Shown here: positions 48,884-58,459 of the stretch, one piece after another
How the letters are laid out: the number at the start of each line of letters is the position of its first letter
How positions within the stretch are numbered: the stretch's first letter is position 1
DNA from: an uncultured virus (IMG/VR IMGVR_UViG_3300029954_000006)
Taxonomy: Duplodnaviria > Heunggongvirae > Uroviricota > Caudoviricetes
IMG/VR virus record: IMGVR_UViG_3300029954_000006
DNA length: 64,000 bases
Reading direction: 5' to 3' (one strand)
Position numbers and translations under genes: made by a program
Notes under the pieces: model-generated
What the model saw: the letters and a program-made list of their open reading frames with translations, nothing else
Told to the model about the DNA's origin: nothing
The model's database searches: none

Positions 48884-50713
48884 CTAGACTGCCTCCGGCA
48901 TGGACACGCGCGTGCGCACCGGCGCGACCGGAACGGTGGGCGGCGGCGGCGCGGCCGGATCGTTGTAGCCGGCGGTCGGCACGGTGCCGTGATCGACATC
49001 GATGCGCAGCCTGGCCATCAGATTGTCCATGCCACCGCCGGAATCGCTTGGCGCCGGTGCTGGCGCGTCAGGGCCCGCGGGTCCGGCGGCCTTGGCGGCG
49101 ATCGCGGCACGGCGGATGTCGATGGAGGAGGCATCCTCCCAGGAGTGCCCGACCTTGTCGCCGTAATTGCCGCTGACGGCCTCGATCTGCTCCTGGCCAT
49201 GCGTGCCGGCCCGGGTTTTTCCCGAGGCGATGAGGACATGGCCGCCCGTCTCGCCGGCGGCGGCGCCATGCGCCTGGACGAGCACGTCGCCGGTTTTCAC
49301 CGCCGTCTTGTCCGCGACCGTCTCGCCCCATTTCAGGAAGGAGGTGGCCACCGCGGAGCCGGTGCCCTGGATACCGACTTCCTTGAGCTGCTGGTTGACG
49401 AATTTGGCGCACCACGCTTCGACGCTGTTGTTCATGCCGGCGGCGATGGCGCCCTGATCCTTGTGGGCGTAGGCGCGCGCGTAGATGTCCGATTCCTGTC
49501 CGGTTTGCGTCTGACCGCCGGGTCCGGCCGCCGGGCCGCCGCCGCCGCCGTCCGGCGCTCGCGCTTCCGGCGCGACGTATCCCGGCGTATTTTCGTCGTC
49601 CGGCGGGGGTTTGTCATTGTTGCGGATGCCGAGCTTGTCGAGCACCCAATGATTGACATCGCCGGCGAAGCGGCCGGTGGCGTAGCCCATCGCATAGTCC
49701 GTCTTGACGACTTTGCTCACGGCGTCCGCGACCTTGGCGAGTCCCCTGAGACCGTCAATGACCAGCTTCAATCCCCGACCGACGCTGTCAAAGGACGCCT
49801 TGATTTGCTCTGGATGATTTTGCAGGAACACGTCGAGGCCCTGGGTGACGCTGATCAGGCTGGGCGCGAGCGCCTGCATCAACTCAAACCCCATGCCGCG
49901 GAATTGCTGGGTCAGCGCGGTCTGTGACTGTTGCAGATCGTACGCCTTTTTGACCATGTCCAAGGTGAGCGGTGGGCTTTTGGCCGCTTCCGCGTTCCAT
50001 GCGGCCAACCCCTCCGTGCCGAAGCGCAGAAAGGTGAAGGAGTCACGGCCCATGCCGGACGCGTCCAGCAGGTGCAGCGCGGCGTGGTTCTGGCCGGTGT
50101 CCGCGAGGTACTTCACCGCCTCCGCCATCTGCGGCAGCGCGACGAGCACGTTGGCGGCGCCATGGGCGACGTCGCCAAACCCTATGTGGAACGCGGTGAA
50201 CATCTGGGCGAGGGCGTTGTTCCGACCGAACGCCGCGTCATTGAGGCCGTCCTGCAGGCCGGAAATCGCCGTCGTCACCTGGTCGGTGGAAAGCCCGGCC
50301 AGCTCGCCGGATTTCTGGAGGTTGTAGAATTGCTGCACGGGAATACCGAGCATCGCGGCGGTGCGGCCGGTGGTCGCGGCCAGACTGCTAAACCCCGTCA
50401 CCATCTTGCCGATGCCGGCGACGATGCCGATGCCGGCCGCCGCCACGGCCACGGCGCCGATCGCCGGGATGAACAGGCCGACGGTGCCGATGGCCGACAT
50501 CGCCCCGGACCTTATCGCGGAAAAACCCTTGCCGACCGCGCGCATGTTTTTGGCGGTCAGCCCGAGCCGATCGAACAGCCCCTGCTTTGAATCCTGCGCG
50601 CCGATCTTGCCGATGGACTTCATGTCGCGGGAGATACGAAGCAACGTGTCGGAGGCGTCGTTGACGGCGTCGATCTTGATCTTGAAGGCGGCCAGCGTCG
50701 CGGCGTTTGGCAT
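48884..50713 (-). CDS. Tape-measure-like protein 1 with a CHAP/NlpC-P60 (TIGR02594-like) domain
   Basis: Follows the chaperone; AWCAKFVN...ATSFLKWG...GDV...GHV...SGN. Confidence 0.82.
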   Translation of the reverse strand: MPNAATLAAFKIKIDAVNDASDTLLRISRDMKSIGKIGAQDSKQGLFDRLGLTAKNMRAVGKGFSAIRSGAMSAIGTVGLFIPAIGAVAVAAAGIGIVAGIGKMVTGFSSLAATTGRTAAMLGIPVQQFYNLQKSGELAGLSTDQVTTAISGLQDGLNDAAFGRNNALAQMFTAFHIGFGDVAHGAANVLVALPQMAEAVKYLADTGQNHAALHLLDASGMGRDSFTFLRFGTEGLAAWNAEAAKSPPLTLDMVKKAYDLQQSQTALTQQFRGMGFELMQALAPSLISVTQGLDVFLQNHPEQIKASFDSVGRGLKLVIDGLRGLAKVADAVSKVVKTDYAMGYATGRFAGDVNHWVLDKLGIRNNDKPPPDDENTPGYVAPEARAPDGGGGGPAAGPGGQTQTGQESDIYARAYAHKDQGAIAAGMNNSVEAWCAKFVNQQLKEVGIQGTGSAVATSFLKWGETVADKTAVKTGDVLVQAHGAAAGETGGHVLIASGKTRAGTHGQEQIEAVSGNYGDKVGHSWEDASSIDIRRAAIAAKAAGPAGPDAPAPAPSDSGGGMDNLMARLRIDVDHGTVPTAGYNDPAAPPPPTVPVAPVRTRVSMPEAV

Positions 50714-50722
50714 GCGGCCCCC

Positions 50723-50887
50723 CTAGAGCGGCGTCTTGGCCTGCCGGTTCGCCTGCCCGAGCCACCACATGAGGCGGGTGCCGGTGATCGCGAACCCCGA
50801 GCCGGCGCCGTCCGCCGGCCAGCCGTAGCGGCGCGTCAGGTCCGCGATCAGGTCGAGCCAGTTCGACGGCCAGCCCCGGTAAAACCC
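50723..50887 (-). CDS. -1 frameshift extension of the tail chaperone (G-T equivalent)
   Basis: Slippery G GGT TTT at 50887-50881; -1 frame YRGWPSNWLDLIADLTRRYGW...LMWW...PL-stop ends 9 nt before the TMP1 start. Confidence 0.8.
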   Translation of the reverse strand, partial: GFYRGWPSNWLDLIADLTRRYGWPADGAGSGFAITGTRLMWWLGQANRQAKTPL

Positions 50888-51432
50888 GCGAGGTATCGAA
50901 ACCCCTCGTCCAATATCGTGATCGGCACGCGCTCGATGATGCCGCGGTGGCAGCCGCTGACCAGCGCCATCAGCAGTATCTGGAATTTGCGGATGCTTTC
51001 CGCGTCGCGGCCGTTGCCCAGCTCCGCGTAGGCTTTCTCAAGTTCGCCGGTCAGCGGCTCGCGCAGCTCAAGCATGTCGTGGCGGCGGCTGTGCAGCTCG
51101 ATCGGCGGCACCAGGGGGATTTCCAACTCCGGCGGCCGCGTCACGGTGTAGTCAGCCTGGGGCGGCGCGTCGACGAATTCATCCAGGTAGGCGATGGCCG
51201 CGTTCAGATCGGTGACCCGCAGCCGCCGCGCCGCGTCGAGGGGAATGCCGGTCACTTCGGCGATCAACTGAATGTCGCGGGCATGCCGCGTCGCCGGCGT
51301 CAGGAACGCCGACAACTTGACTTCCGCGCGCAGCACCTCGCCGGTCAGCGGCTCGCGCAGCTTGAGCTGCATGATCTTGCCCCCGCCGCTGTCAATCGGG
51401 GGATCGAGAACGATGATTTTTTCGGGGTCCAC
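50848..51432 (-). CDS. Tail assembly chaperone (Mu gp41-like) with two tandem domains
   Basis: L.PPI...LKLREPLTGEV and L.PPI...LELREPLTGEL. Confidence 0.85.
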   Translation of the reverse strand: MDPEKIIVLDPPIDSGGGKIMQLKLREPLTGEVLRAEVKLSAFLTPATRHARDIQLIAEVTGIPLDAARRLRVTDLNAAIAYLDEFVDAPPQADYTVTRPPELEIPLVPPIELHSRRHDMLELREPLTGELEKAYAELGNGRDAESIRKFQILLMALVSGCHRGIIERVPITILDEGFRYLAGFTGAGRRTGST

Positions 51433-51435
51433 GCG

Positions 51436-51822
51436 TCAGGTCCCCGTCAGCCCCGGACCTTCGAAGCGGGCCTCGAATTCGCCGGTGTTGGCGTCCACCT
51501 CCCGCGCCAGCGTGCAGCCCATCGTGCTGCCGGTGACCACCTTCCCATTCGCGAGCGTGATCATGACGGTAGACGAAACCATGCCGGCGAAATCACTGAC
51601 CTTGATTCCGGAATTGTCGCGGACCTTGAAGGCGATGAAGGCGGCAGCGTATTTGCCGGACTGGCCGTGATAACCGTTGTAACCGACTTGGCTCTCCCGG
51701 ATGATCACGGTGTCGGAATAGGTCACGTCGGAAATGTTGTAGAGCGTGCCGTCGATTGACGCGGTGCCAATGCCGGCGATCAGGTTCTGCGGGCCGTTGA
51801 TGCCGTTGGTGGTGCCGGACAT
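51436..51822 (-). CDS. Tail tube protein (Mu gpM-like)
   Basis: IAGIGTASIDG...LANGKV...GEFEARFEG; follows the sheath gene. Confidence 0.88.
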   Translation of the reverse strand: MSGTTNGINGPQNLIAGIGTASIDGTLYNISDVTYSDTVIIRESQVGYNGYHGQSGKYAAAFIAFKVRDNSGIKVSDFAGMVSSTVMITLANGKVVTGSTMGCTLAREVDANTGEFEARFEGPGLTGT

Positions 51823-51918
51823 GGCTTCGTCCTTTCGCGCGCGCGCGCCCGGGGCGGGGCATGCGCTGCCCCGCCCGGTTCGGCCGCATAATTTTCAGGG
51901 GTTTCTGGGGAGGCGCGC

Positions 51919-53418
51919 TTAGGTTTTGGAGAAGTCGACCAGAACCTCGATCTGCCGGAGCTGGTTGGCGACATCGCCCGGCCAGTAGATTTTGGCGACG
52001 CTGCCGGCCTTCTGGACGATCACGCCGGCGGCGAAATCCTCCGGGTCCTGCATCACGCCGAGGTTGCAGACATAATCATAACGGTTGATCACCGCCGCCT
52101 TTATCATGCTCGGGGTGACGACGGCGTTGTTGAGCGCGCCGGAAATCCGCGTGCTGTCATCGACAAAGATTTTCCGGCCATAAAGGCTGGCGAGATAGAT
52201 TTTCAGGTCGCGGCAGGTGTAGGCGAGCTGATAGCGCGTCTCGACGTCGAGAAAGCTGTCGTCCGGCACGCCCGCGGTATTGAGTTGATACGTCGTGATG
52301 AGGCGGTCGGTGATCACCTGGCCGGCCGCGTTCACCACGAACGTGCTGCCGCCATCGAACAGCAGCGTGTTGCGGTCGCCCGCCGCGAACCGCTTGGCGA
52401 CGGGAGGCGCCATCAGGTTCAGGATGATTTCCTGCAACGGCAGCGCCACGTTGGCGCGCACGGACACCGCGACCTGACCGGTGATTTCCGCCGCCCAGAT
52501 CCACGCCGGCTGGGGGGCGTCCCAGAACGGCATGATGGAGATCGCGGGGTCGTTGCGCTCCAGCAGGAGCGTGGTGACCGCGCCGAGGGTGCCGCGCATC
52601 GCCGCGAAGGCGCCGCCGTAGAGCTGCTGGAGCCAGCTCCAGCGGCCCGTGTTGTTGTCCATGAACGTCTGCCAGGCATTGAGCGACAACGCGTCCGTGT
52701 AGGGCATGACAACGAAGTCGAACTGCATGTCCGACAGGTTCGCGAGCGCGGACGCGAGCGCCGTGGGGTTCTGCGCGCCGCCGGCGAGCTGCGTTCCGGT
52801 CCCGACGAGCAGGTTCGTGAAGGTCAGGCCGGGCGGCACGACCTCGCTCGCCGCGTTGCCGTAATAGTTCAGCCGCGCGTCGATTTCGTTGCCGACCAGG
52901 CCCTTGTTGCGCGCGGTGAGGGTGACCACGCCGCCGGCGGCCGTGGCCGTAACCGGGAGCACCTGGGCGGCGGTGATGGCGGCGGCGATGTTCGCCGCGA
53001 CGTCAGCGCCGGTGTCGTTGATGTTTACTTGGACGGGCACGAGCACGCCGGTGATGTACAGCGACAGCACGCCGGTCGCGGTGCAGGTGCCGGCGACGGT
53101 GATTGCCAGGGTGGCCGCGACGCTGGCCGGATCATCCTCCAGCGGCAGGTAGTAGACGGTCCCGAAATTGTCGGCGCCCCGGTACTGCGCCGTCATCAGC
53201 GCCAGCATGGACCCCACGCCGCCCTGCAACACCGCGTCGGTGAGGCCGGCGGAAATGCACGGTTCATTCGGCACGGCGGTGCCGGTGGGCAGTATCTGGC
53301 CAATAATGAGGGTCTGATACGTAACATCGCCGGAATTCGCCAGCGGCTCGATTTCTACGAACGTGCCGTGAATACGCAGGTTGGATGGGATTTTCTGGAA
53401 AACGATTGACCCGGACAT
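51919..53418 (-). CDS. Tail sheath protein (Mu gpL-like)
   Basis: F..IPSNLR...GSML..M...TARNKG..GN...RWSW..Q...ITTYQ.N..G..D. Confidence 0.93.
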   Translation of the reverse strand: MSGSIVFQKIPSNLRIHGTFVEIEPLANSGDVTYQTLIIGQILPTGTAVPNEPCISAGLTDAVLQGGVGSMLALMTAQYRGADNFGTVYYLPLEDDPASVAATLAITVAGTCTATGVLSLYITGVLVPVQVNINDTGADVAANIAAAITAAQVLPVTATAAGGVVTLTARNKGLVGNEIDARLNYYGNAASEVVPPGLTFTNLLVGTGTQLAGGAQNPTALASALANLSDMQFDFVVMPYTDALSLNAWQTFMDNNTGRWSWLQQLYGGAFAAMRGTLGAVTTLLLERNDPAISIMPFWDAPQPAWIWAAEITGQVAVSVRANVALPLQEIILNLMAPPVAKRFAAGDRNTLLFDGGSTFVVNAAGQVITDRLITTYQLNTAGVPDDSFLDVETRYQLAYTCRDLKIYLASLYGRKIFVDDSTRISGALNNAVVTPSMIKAAVINRYDYVCNLGVMQDPEDFAAGVIVQKAGSVAKIYWPGDVANQLRQIEVLVDFSKT

Positions 53419-53421
53419 GGG

Positions 53422-53844
53422 CTAGGCCCCCTTTACGGTGGCGGTTTGAGGCGCGCCTGGCACGGAGGCAGCGCCCCCGATGCTGCCCGCGCCGGCCACG
53501 GAGGCGGACTCGGGGCGGGGGTGGGACCATTGCCCCTCCCTGGCCGGCTCCACGCCGCCCGCGGCGCCCACGCTGCCCGCGCCGTGCGCCGTCGCCTCGT
53601 CCTTGGGGTGCGTCCAATGCTCGCCCCCGTGCGTCTCGCCGCCCGCGACGGTGCCGGTGCCGGGCACGGTGCCCCCGCCGCTCGCCCCGACGGCCGCCGC
53701 GCCGGCCACGATGACGTCGCCGGCGTTGATGGCGCGGTGCCAATGCGTCGAAAGCGGCGTCGGAATGTCCGCGCCTTCCTCTGGGAGTTTCGTGCGCGAG
53801 CGTTCGTAATAGACCGTTCGCCCGGGGGCGGGTTTCAACAGCAT
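53422..53844 (-). CDS. DUF2635 / Mu gp38-like protein with a C-terminal extension
   Basis: KPAPGRTV...LPEEGA...W.R....GDV. Confidence 0.75.
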   Translation of the reverse strand: MLLKPAPGRTVYYERSRTKLPEEGADIPTPLSTHWHRAINAGDVIVAGAAAVGASGGGTVPGTGTVAGGETHGGEHWTHPKDEATAHGAGSVGAAGGVEPAREGQWSHPRPESASVAGAGSIGGAASVPGAPQTATVKGA

Positions 53845-53869
53845 CGCGGTTTCTCCTGGGGGGCGGTGG

Positions 53870-54391
53870 TCAGGCGGCGGGATAGATGACCGTGATCTCA
53901 ATCGTCTGGTCGCCAATCACCGTGTTGACATCAATCTCGGTCAGCGGCGTCGTCAGCGGCGGGTCAAACACTTGGTAGAATTCGCACCGGAAAAGCATGG
54001 TGGCCTCGCCGACAAACGTTTTTCCCGTGCCGTCGATCATGATGTTCGTTTCGACGGAGGGAAATTGCTGCAATGGATTGACCAGCAACGGATTGCACAA
54101 AACCGCGAACTCGATTTGCTCGACGAACTGCTCGATCAGCGTCTCGGCGATCTGAAACGTCGCCCCCTCAAGCCGCGCGACGACGAACAGATCGAAGGTC
54201 GCGATGAATTTCGGTGCCCCCGGGCCTGTCGAGACTTTTGCGTCTCTCGGGGTTTGCAGCAAAATCGCCGGCAGCATGTCCGAGCCGGTCGGCAGCGCGC
54301 GCGACTGGAACACCCGCGAACCAGCCAGGGTGCCCGCGAAAATGAGCTGCTCGGCCACCAGGGCGCGGTACTGCGCCCGATACAGCGTCAC
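53870..54391 (-). CDS. Tail terminator-like protein
   Basis: TLAGSRVF.SR..P...LPAI; position. Confidence 0.7.
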   Translation of the reverse strand: MTLYRAQYRALVAEQLIFAGTLAGSRVFQSRALPTGSDMLPAILLQTPRDAKVSTGPGAPKFIATFDLFVVARLEGATFQIAETLIEQFVEQIEFAVLCNPLLVNPLQQFPSVETNIMIDGTGKTFVGEATMLFRCEFYQVFDPPLTTPLTEIDVNTVIGDQTIEITVIYPAA

Positions 54392-54765
54392 GCCTCGTTC
54401 AGCGGCAGCTTCGCCCCGCCATGCCCGTCCGGTTGGACTTCCTGCACGACGTAGACCCGGCCGGTCTCGATGATGGTCAACCGGTCGCCCTGCGCCGGCG
54501 GCGTGAGGAATTGCGACAGCTGAATGCCGAGCACCGGGCGCGCGCTGGTGATCTGCGAAGGCAGGCCGATCATGTCCCCGATCGCGAGCGGCGCGAGTTC
54601 CAGATATTCCGCGTCGAACACGCCGGTGATCGCAAACGGAGCCGTGGCGGGAACGCGGCTGTCCCGCGGTCCGACGGGACCGGCCGACACCATCGGCTGA
54701 TACAGCACCGGCTGGCCGAACACCGCGACCGTCGGGCCGATGACGATGGTGTCCCAGTCAATCAC
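54388..54765 (-). CDS. Head-tail joining protein
   Basis: VFGQPV.Y...GVFD...P.QGD...Y.V..VQPDG.G. Confidence 0.78.
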   Translation of the reverse strand: MIDWDTIVIGPTVAVFGQPVLYQPMVSAGPVGPRDSRVPATAPFAITGVFDAEYLELAPLAIGDMIGLPSQITSARPVLGIQLSQFLTPPAQGDRLTIIETGRVYVVQEVQPDGHGGAKLPLNEA

Positions 54766-55043
54766 CGCGGTCCCTGCTGGTTGGCTTCGATCACCACCGG
54801 GGGGCCGCTTCCGCCGACCGGCGCCTGCCCGCCATCCGCCACGAGGAACCCGAGGGCGCCGAACCGTTTGGCGTCCAGAGGGTCCAGGTCGAGGATCGCG
54901 CCCGGACCGTACTGCCGCGTGTGGGCATAATCGAACGGCACCGGGACGCCCGACTTCTTGCTGTTCGCCACCATTTCGGGCGGCGGTTCGTGCATGACGA
55001 TGGTGCGGCCGGGTGCCACCACGGCCTTGATTTTCTGTGGCAT
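54762..55043 (-). CDS. Small head-associated protein
   Basis: Coupled to the capsid stop; YGPG...L...DA.RF...GFL. Confidence 0.65.
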   Translation of the reverse strand: MPQKIKAVVAPGRTIVMHEPPPEMVANSKKSGVPVPFDYAHTRQYGPGAILDLDPLDAKRFGALGFLVADGGQAPVGGSGPPVVIEANQQGPR

Positions 55044-56122
55044 CAGTTGAGTGCTCCCGCGCAGACGGTCGCGGCCAGGAAGGCGTTGACCCGTGATGGA
55101 ATGACGATCGGCGCCGACTGCATCATGATGAGCCGCTGCGCCGGGTCCTTGCTCGTCCACGTTTTCGGCGCGAACGGCATGGACTGATAGTTGAAGTCGG
55201 GATCGACGATGATGCCGAACCCACGGGTGCCCATCAATTCAGGGCCGCCCATCATCACGGTCCCGTCCGGGATCATCGGCTGTTCGACGTTGTTCTCGTC
55301 GACATACCAATCGTTGTAGACCCAGCAATCATACTGGCCCCAGCGTCCCTTGTAGACGCCGCCGCGCGCGATCTGCGCGCCGGGGTTCAGATCGTTGCCG
55401 TCTCCCAACTTCGGGTAGTAGACCGCGCCCTGGACGCCCACGGAGGCCAGAAAGCGCGTCCACGGCGTCGGGGTGAAGATGATGTCGGTGACCATCGCGC
55501 CCGAGGATTTCAGGATGTCATGCTGCCAGGTGTCGATGCTGGCCGTGGGCACGGGATCGAGGCCGGCGGCGTTGAAGTTGCTCGCCTGCCCCCATTGCGC
55601 GGCGCCGGTCAGGAGCAGCGTCAGCGTGGGGCTGCGGCCAAAGTCGATGACGGTGGTGGGAAAGCCGTCGCCGGCGATCGTCACGGTGCCCGTCATCAGC
55701 GCCTGCGCCGCCATCCATTCCAGGCGACGGGTCAGCATGTCGATCTGATCCGTCATCTCGAATTCAAGGTTGGCCATCTCGCGCTCCGCGCCGGTCATGT
55801 CGCCGCCGATCCGCTCCCCGATCATGCGCCGCACCGGCCGCCGCAGATCCGGCGCGCGCTTATCCTTGATGTAGGCGGGCTTGAACACGTTTGTTTGGAT
55901 GCGCCGGCTTTCGACCATCTTTCCTTCAACCAGCGGCGAGACGAACGGCGACATGCGCCGCTTGCCGATGTCCACGTCGATGGCGACGAATTCGCTGTCG
56001 GACGTGATGATGTTCGGAAAAAACTTGTCGAGCAGGAATGACTGCGCGCGTTTGAGGTTTGGAACCACCTGCACGAGCGTCGTCGTATCGTAGATGAGAT
56101 TGCCGCCTGAGGAGCCGGACAT
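55043..56122 (-). CDS. Major capsid protein, lambda gpE family
   Basis: FLLDKFF...SPFVSP...FKPAYIK...RRLEWMAAQAL...MQSAP. Confidence 0.93.
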   Translation of the reverse strand: MSGSSGGNLIYDTTTLVQVVPNLKRAQSFLLDKFFPNIITSDSEFVAIDVDIGKRRMSPFVSPLVEGKMVESRRIQTNVFKPAYIKDKRAPDLRRPVRRMIGERIGGDMTGAEREMANLEFEMTDQIDMLTRRLEWMAAQALMTGTVTIAGDGFPTTVIDFGRSPTLTLLLTGAAQWGQASNFNAAGLDPVPTASIDTWQHDILKSSGAMVTDIIFTPTPWTRFLASVGVQGAVYYPKLGDGNDLNPGAQIARGGVYKGRWGQYDCWVYNDWYVDENNVEQPMIPDGTVMMGGPELMGTRGFGIIVDPDFNYQSMPFAPKTWTSKDPAQRLIMMQSAPIVIPSRVNAFLAATVCAGALN

Positions 56123-56179
56123 TTTCGTTTACCTTCGGAAATTTGTCAGCGCGTGGTCGCCAGCGCCGGGCGCCGTCCG

Positions 56180-56872
56180 TTAGGGGAGTTCAACGGGATC
56201 AACCGCGGTGACGGAGGATTTGATGTGGATGCCGAACGCCGCCATCGCCGTGGTGAGCTGGGCGACGCTCCACGACGCGTCCGCGATGATCCGGCCCGCG
56301 TTGAATTCCCCACTGACGTAGGCACCGCCCTTGACCGGCCCCGCGCTGGCGTTGGCGGCATCGGCCAGAATCACGCTCGGGACCTGGCTGCCGTCCGTCG
56401 CGGTCTTGACGCTCGCGATATACGTTCCGGTGCCGGACGTGATCGCGATCGCGAAGCTGTCCCCCACGGCGAAGGGGGTGGCGCCGGCGCTGATGGTGAA
56501 GGCGATTTCCGGGGAGTTGAACGGCGTGCCGACGGTGGCGTTGCCGAGCGGCTGTTTCTCGGGATCGGAGACCGCGAAGGTGTTGGCGGCCGTGGCAACG
56601 AGCGTATAAGGCGCGCCGTACTCCTCGCCCGCGCCGGGGGTGATCGCGCCAACCGTGCCGTTGCCCACGTTCGCGGGGCCGGGCGAGGCGGCGGCCGTGA
56701 ACGCCGTCTGCTGGCCGAGCACGGTGCCGCGCGCCAGAATGCCGGCGCCGATGACGATTGGCTGCGTCACCAGGTTGTGGTCGCCGGCGATCAGCTGGTC
56801 CGGCGTGTAGCTGTAGGCGAATTCCCCGGGAACCCAGGGATTGTCGCCGTACGGCGTGATGTTGAGAACCAT
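56180..56872 (-). CDS. Head decoration protein (gpD-like) with an inserted domain
   Basis: PDQLIAG...RGTVLG [insert] DGSQ.P..IL...YVSGEFN. Confidence 0.82.
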   Translation of the reverse strand: MVLNITPYGDNPWVPGEFAYSYTPDQLIAGDHNLVTQPIVIGAGILARGTVLGQQTAFTAAASPGPANVGNGTVGAITPGAGEEYGAPYTLVATAANTFAVSDPEKQPLGNATVGTPFNSPEIAFTISAGATPFAVGDSFAIAITSGTGTYIASVKTATDGSQVPSVILADAANASAGPVKGGAYVSGEFNAGRIIADASWSVAQLTTAMAAFGIHIKSSVTAVDPVELP

Positions 56873-56896
56873 GGGAAAATTCCTTTCGGGACGGGG

Positions 56897-57580
<684 letters not shown>

Positions 57581-57640
57581 CGTTGTTCTCCTTGATTTTT
57601 CGGGGGGCGCCAGCGCGGGCCGGCGAGTGTTAAGGCCGGG

Positions 57641-58459
57641 TCAGTCGACTTCCCGCAGCGACGCCATCAGTTCGGCGAAAGCCTCGGTCGGCGACATGAC
57701 CGCGTCGACAAGCCCGGCGGTCACGCCGTTGACACCCAGATACGCACGCGCCTGGGTGGCGCGGACCGCATCGGCGGACAGCCCGCGATTGCGGGCGACG
57801 GCGGCGACAAAATCCTCGCCGATCAGGTCGATGTCCGCCTGAAAGCGCGCCAGCGCCGCGTCACTGAGTTTCGTGGTGGGGTAGCCGTCCGACTTTTCGT
57901 CGCCGTATTGAATGGTCGTAACCTTGATCCCGGCGTTCGAGAGCATTTTCGTGACGTCCACATGCAGTTGGATCGCCCCGATGCTGCCGCTCATGCCGGC
58001 GGCCGGAATGGTGACCAGGTCGCAGGCGCTGGCCAACCAATACGCCGCGGAGCACGCATAGGGGTCCAAGATGGCCACCATGGGTTTTTCGCCGCGCGCG
58101 GCATAGATGAGGTCGCCGACTTCCGCGCAGCCGGCGCACTCCCCGCCGGGGCTGTCCACGCGGAGCACGATCGCCTTCACCGAATCATCGCCCATTGCTT
58201 CGATGAAGCTCGCGGTGATGTCGCCGTAGGAAGATCCGCAGAACCACCAGTCACGGCTGTTCGTCAGCACGCCACAGACCGGAATTACCGCGATTTGACC
58301 CAGCGTTTCCGGCGCCGGCGGCTGATCGATGTCGTCAATTTCAACGTATCCCGCGGCGCGGTCCCGCTCCATCGCCGAGAGCGCGGCCAGATGCTCCGGC
58401 AGCAGCAGCAGCGGGCGGTTGAGCAGGCGGGCGGGGTAGCCGAGGGTCGGCGCCTTCAT
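57641..58459 (-). CDS. S49 prohead protease
   Basis: DSPGGE...ACSAAYWLAS...GSIG...VARNRG. Confidence 0.92.
   Translation of the reverse strand: MKAPTLGYPARLLNRPLLLLPEHLAALSAMERDRAAGYVEIDDIDQPPAPETLGQIAVIPVCGVLTNSRDWWFCGSSYGDITASFIEAMGDDSVKAIVLRVDSPGGECAGCAEVGDLIYAARGEKPMVAILDPYACSAAYWLASACDLVTIPAAGMSGSIGAIQLHVDVTKMLSNAGIKVTTIQYGDEKSDGYPTTKLSDAALARFQADIDLIGEDFVAAVARNRGLSADAVRATQARAYLGVNGVTAGLVDAVMSPTEAFAELMASLREVD

Noticed and set aside
53510..53535. WSHPR resembling an engineered Strep-tag
   Set aside because: Partial match only, with a natural paralogous copy (WTHPK) nearby and no vector features
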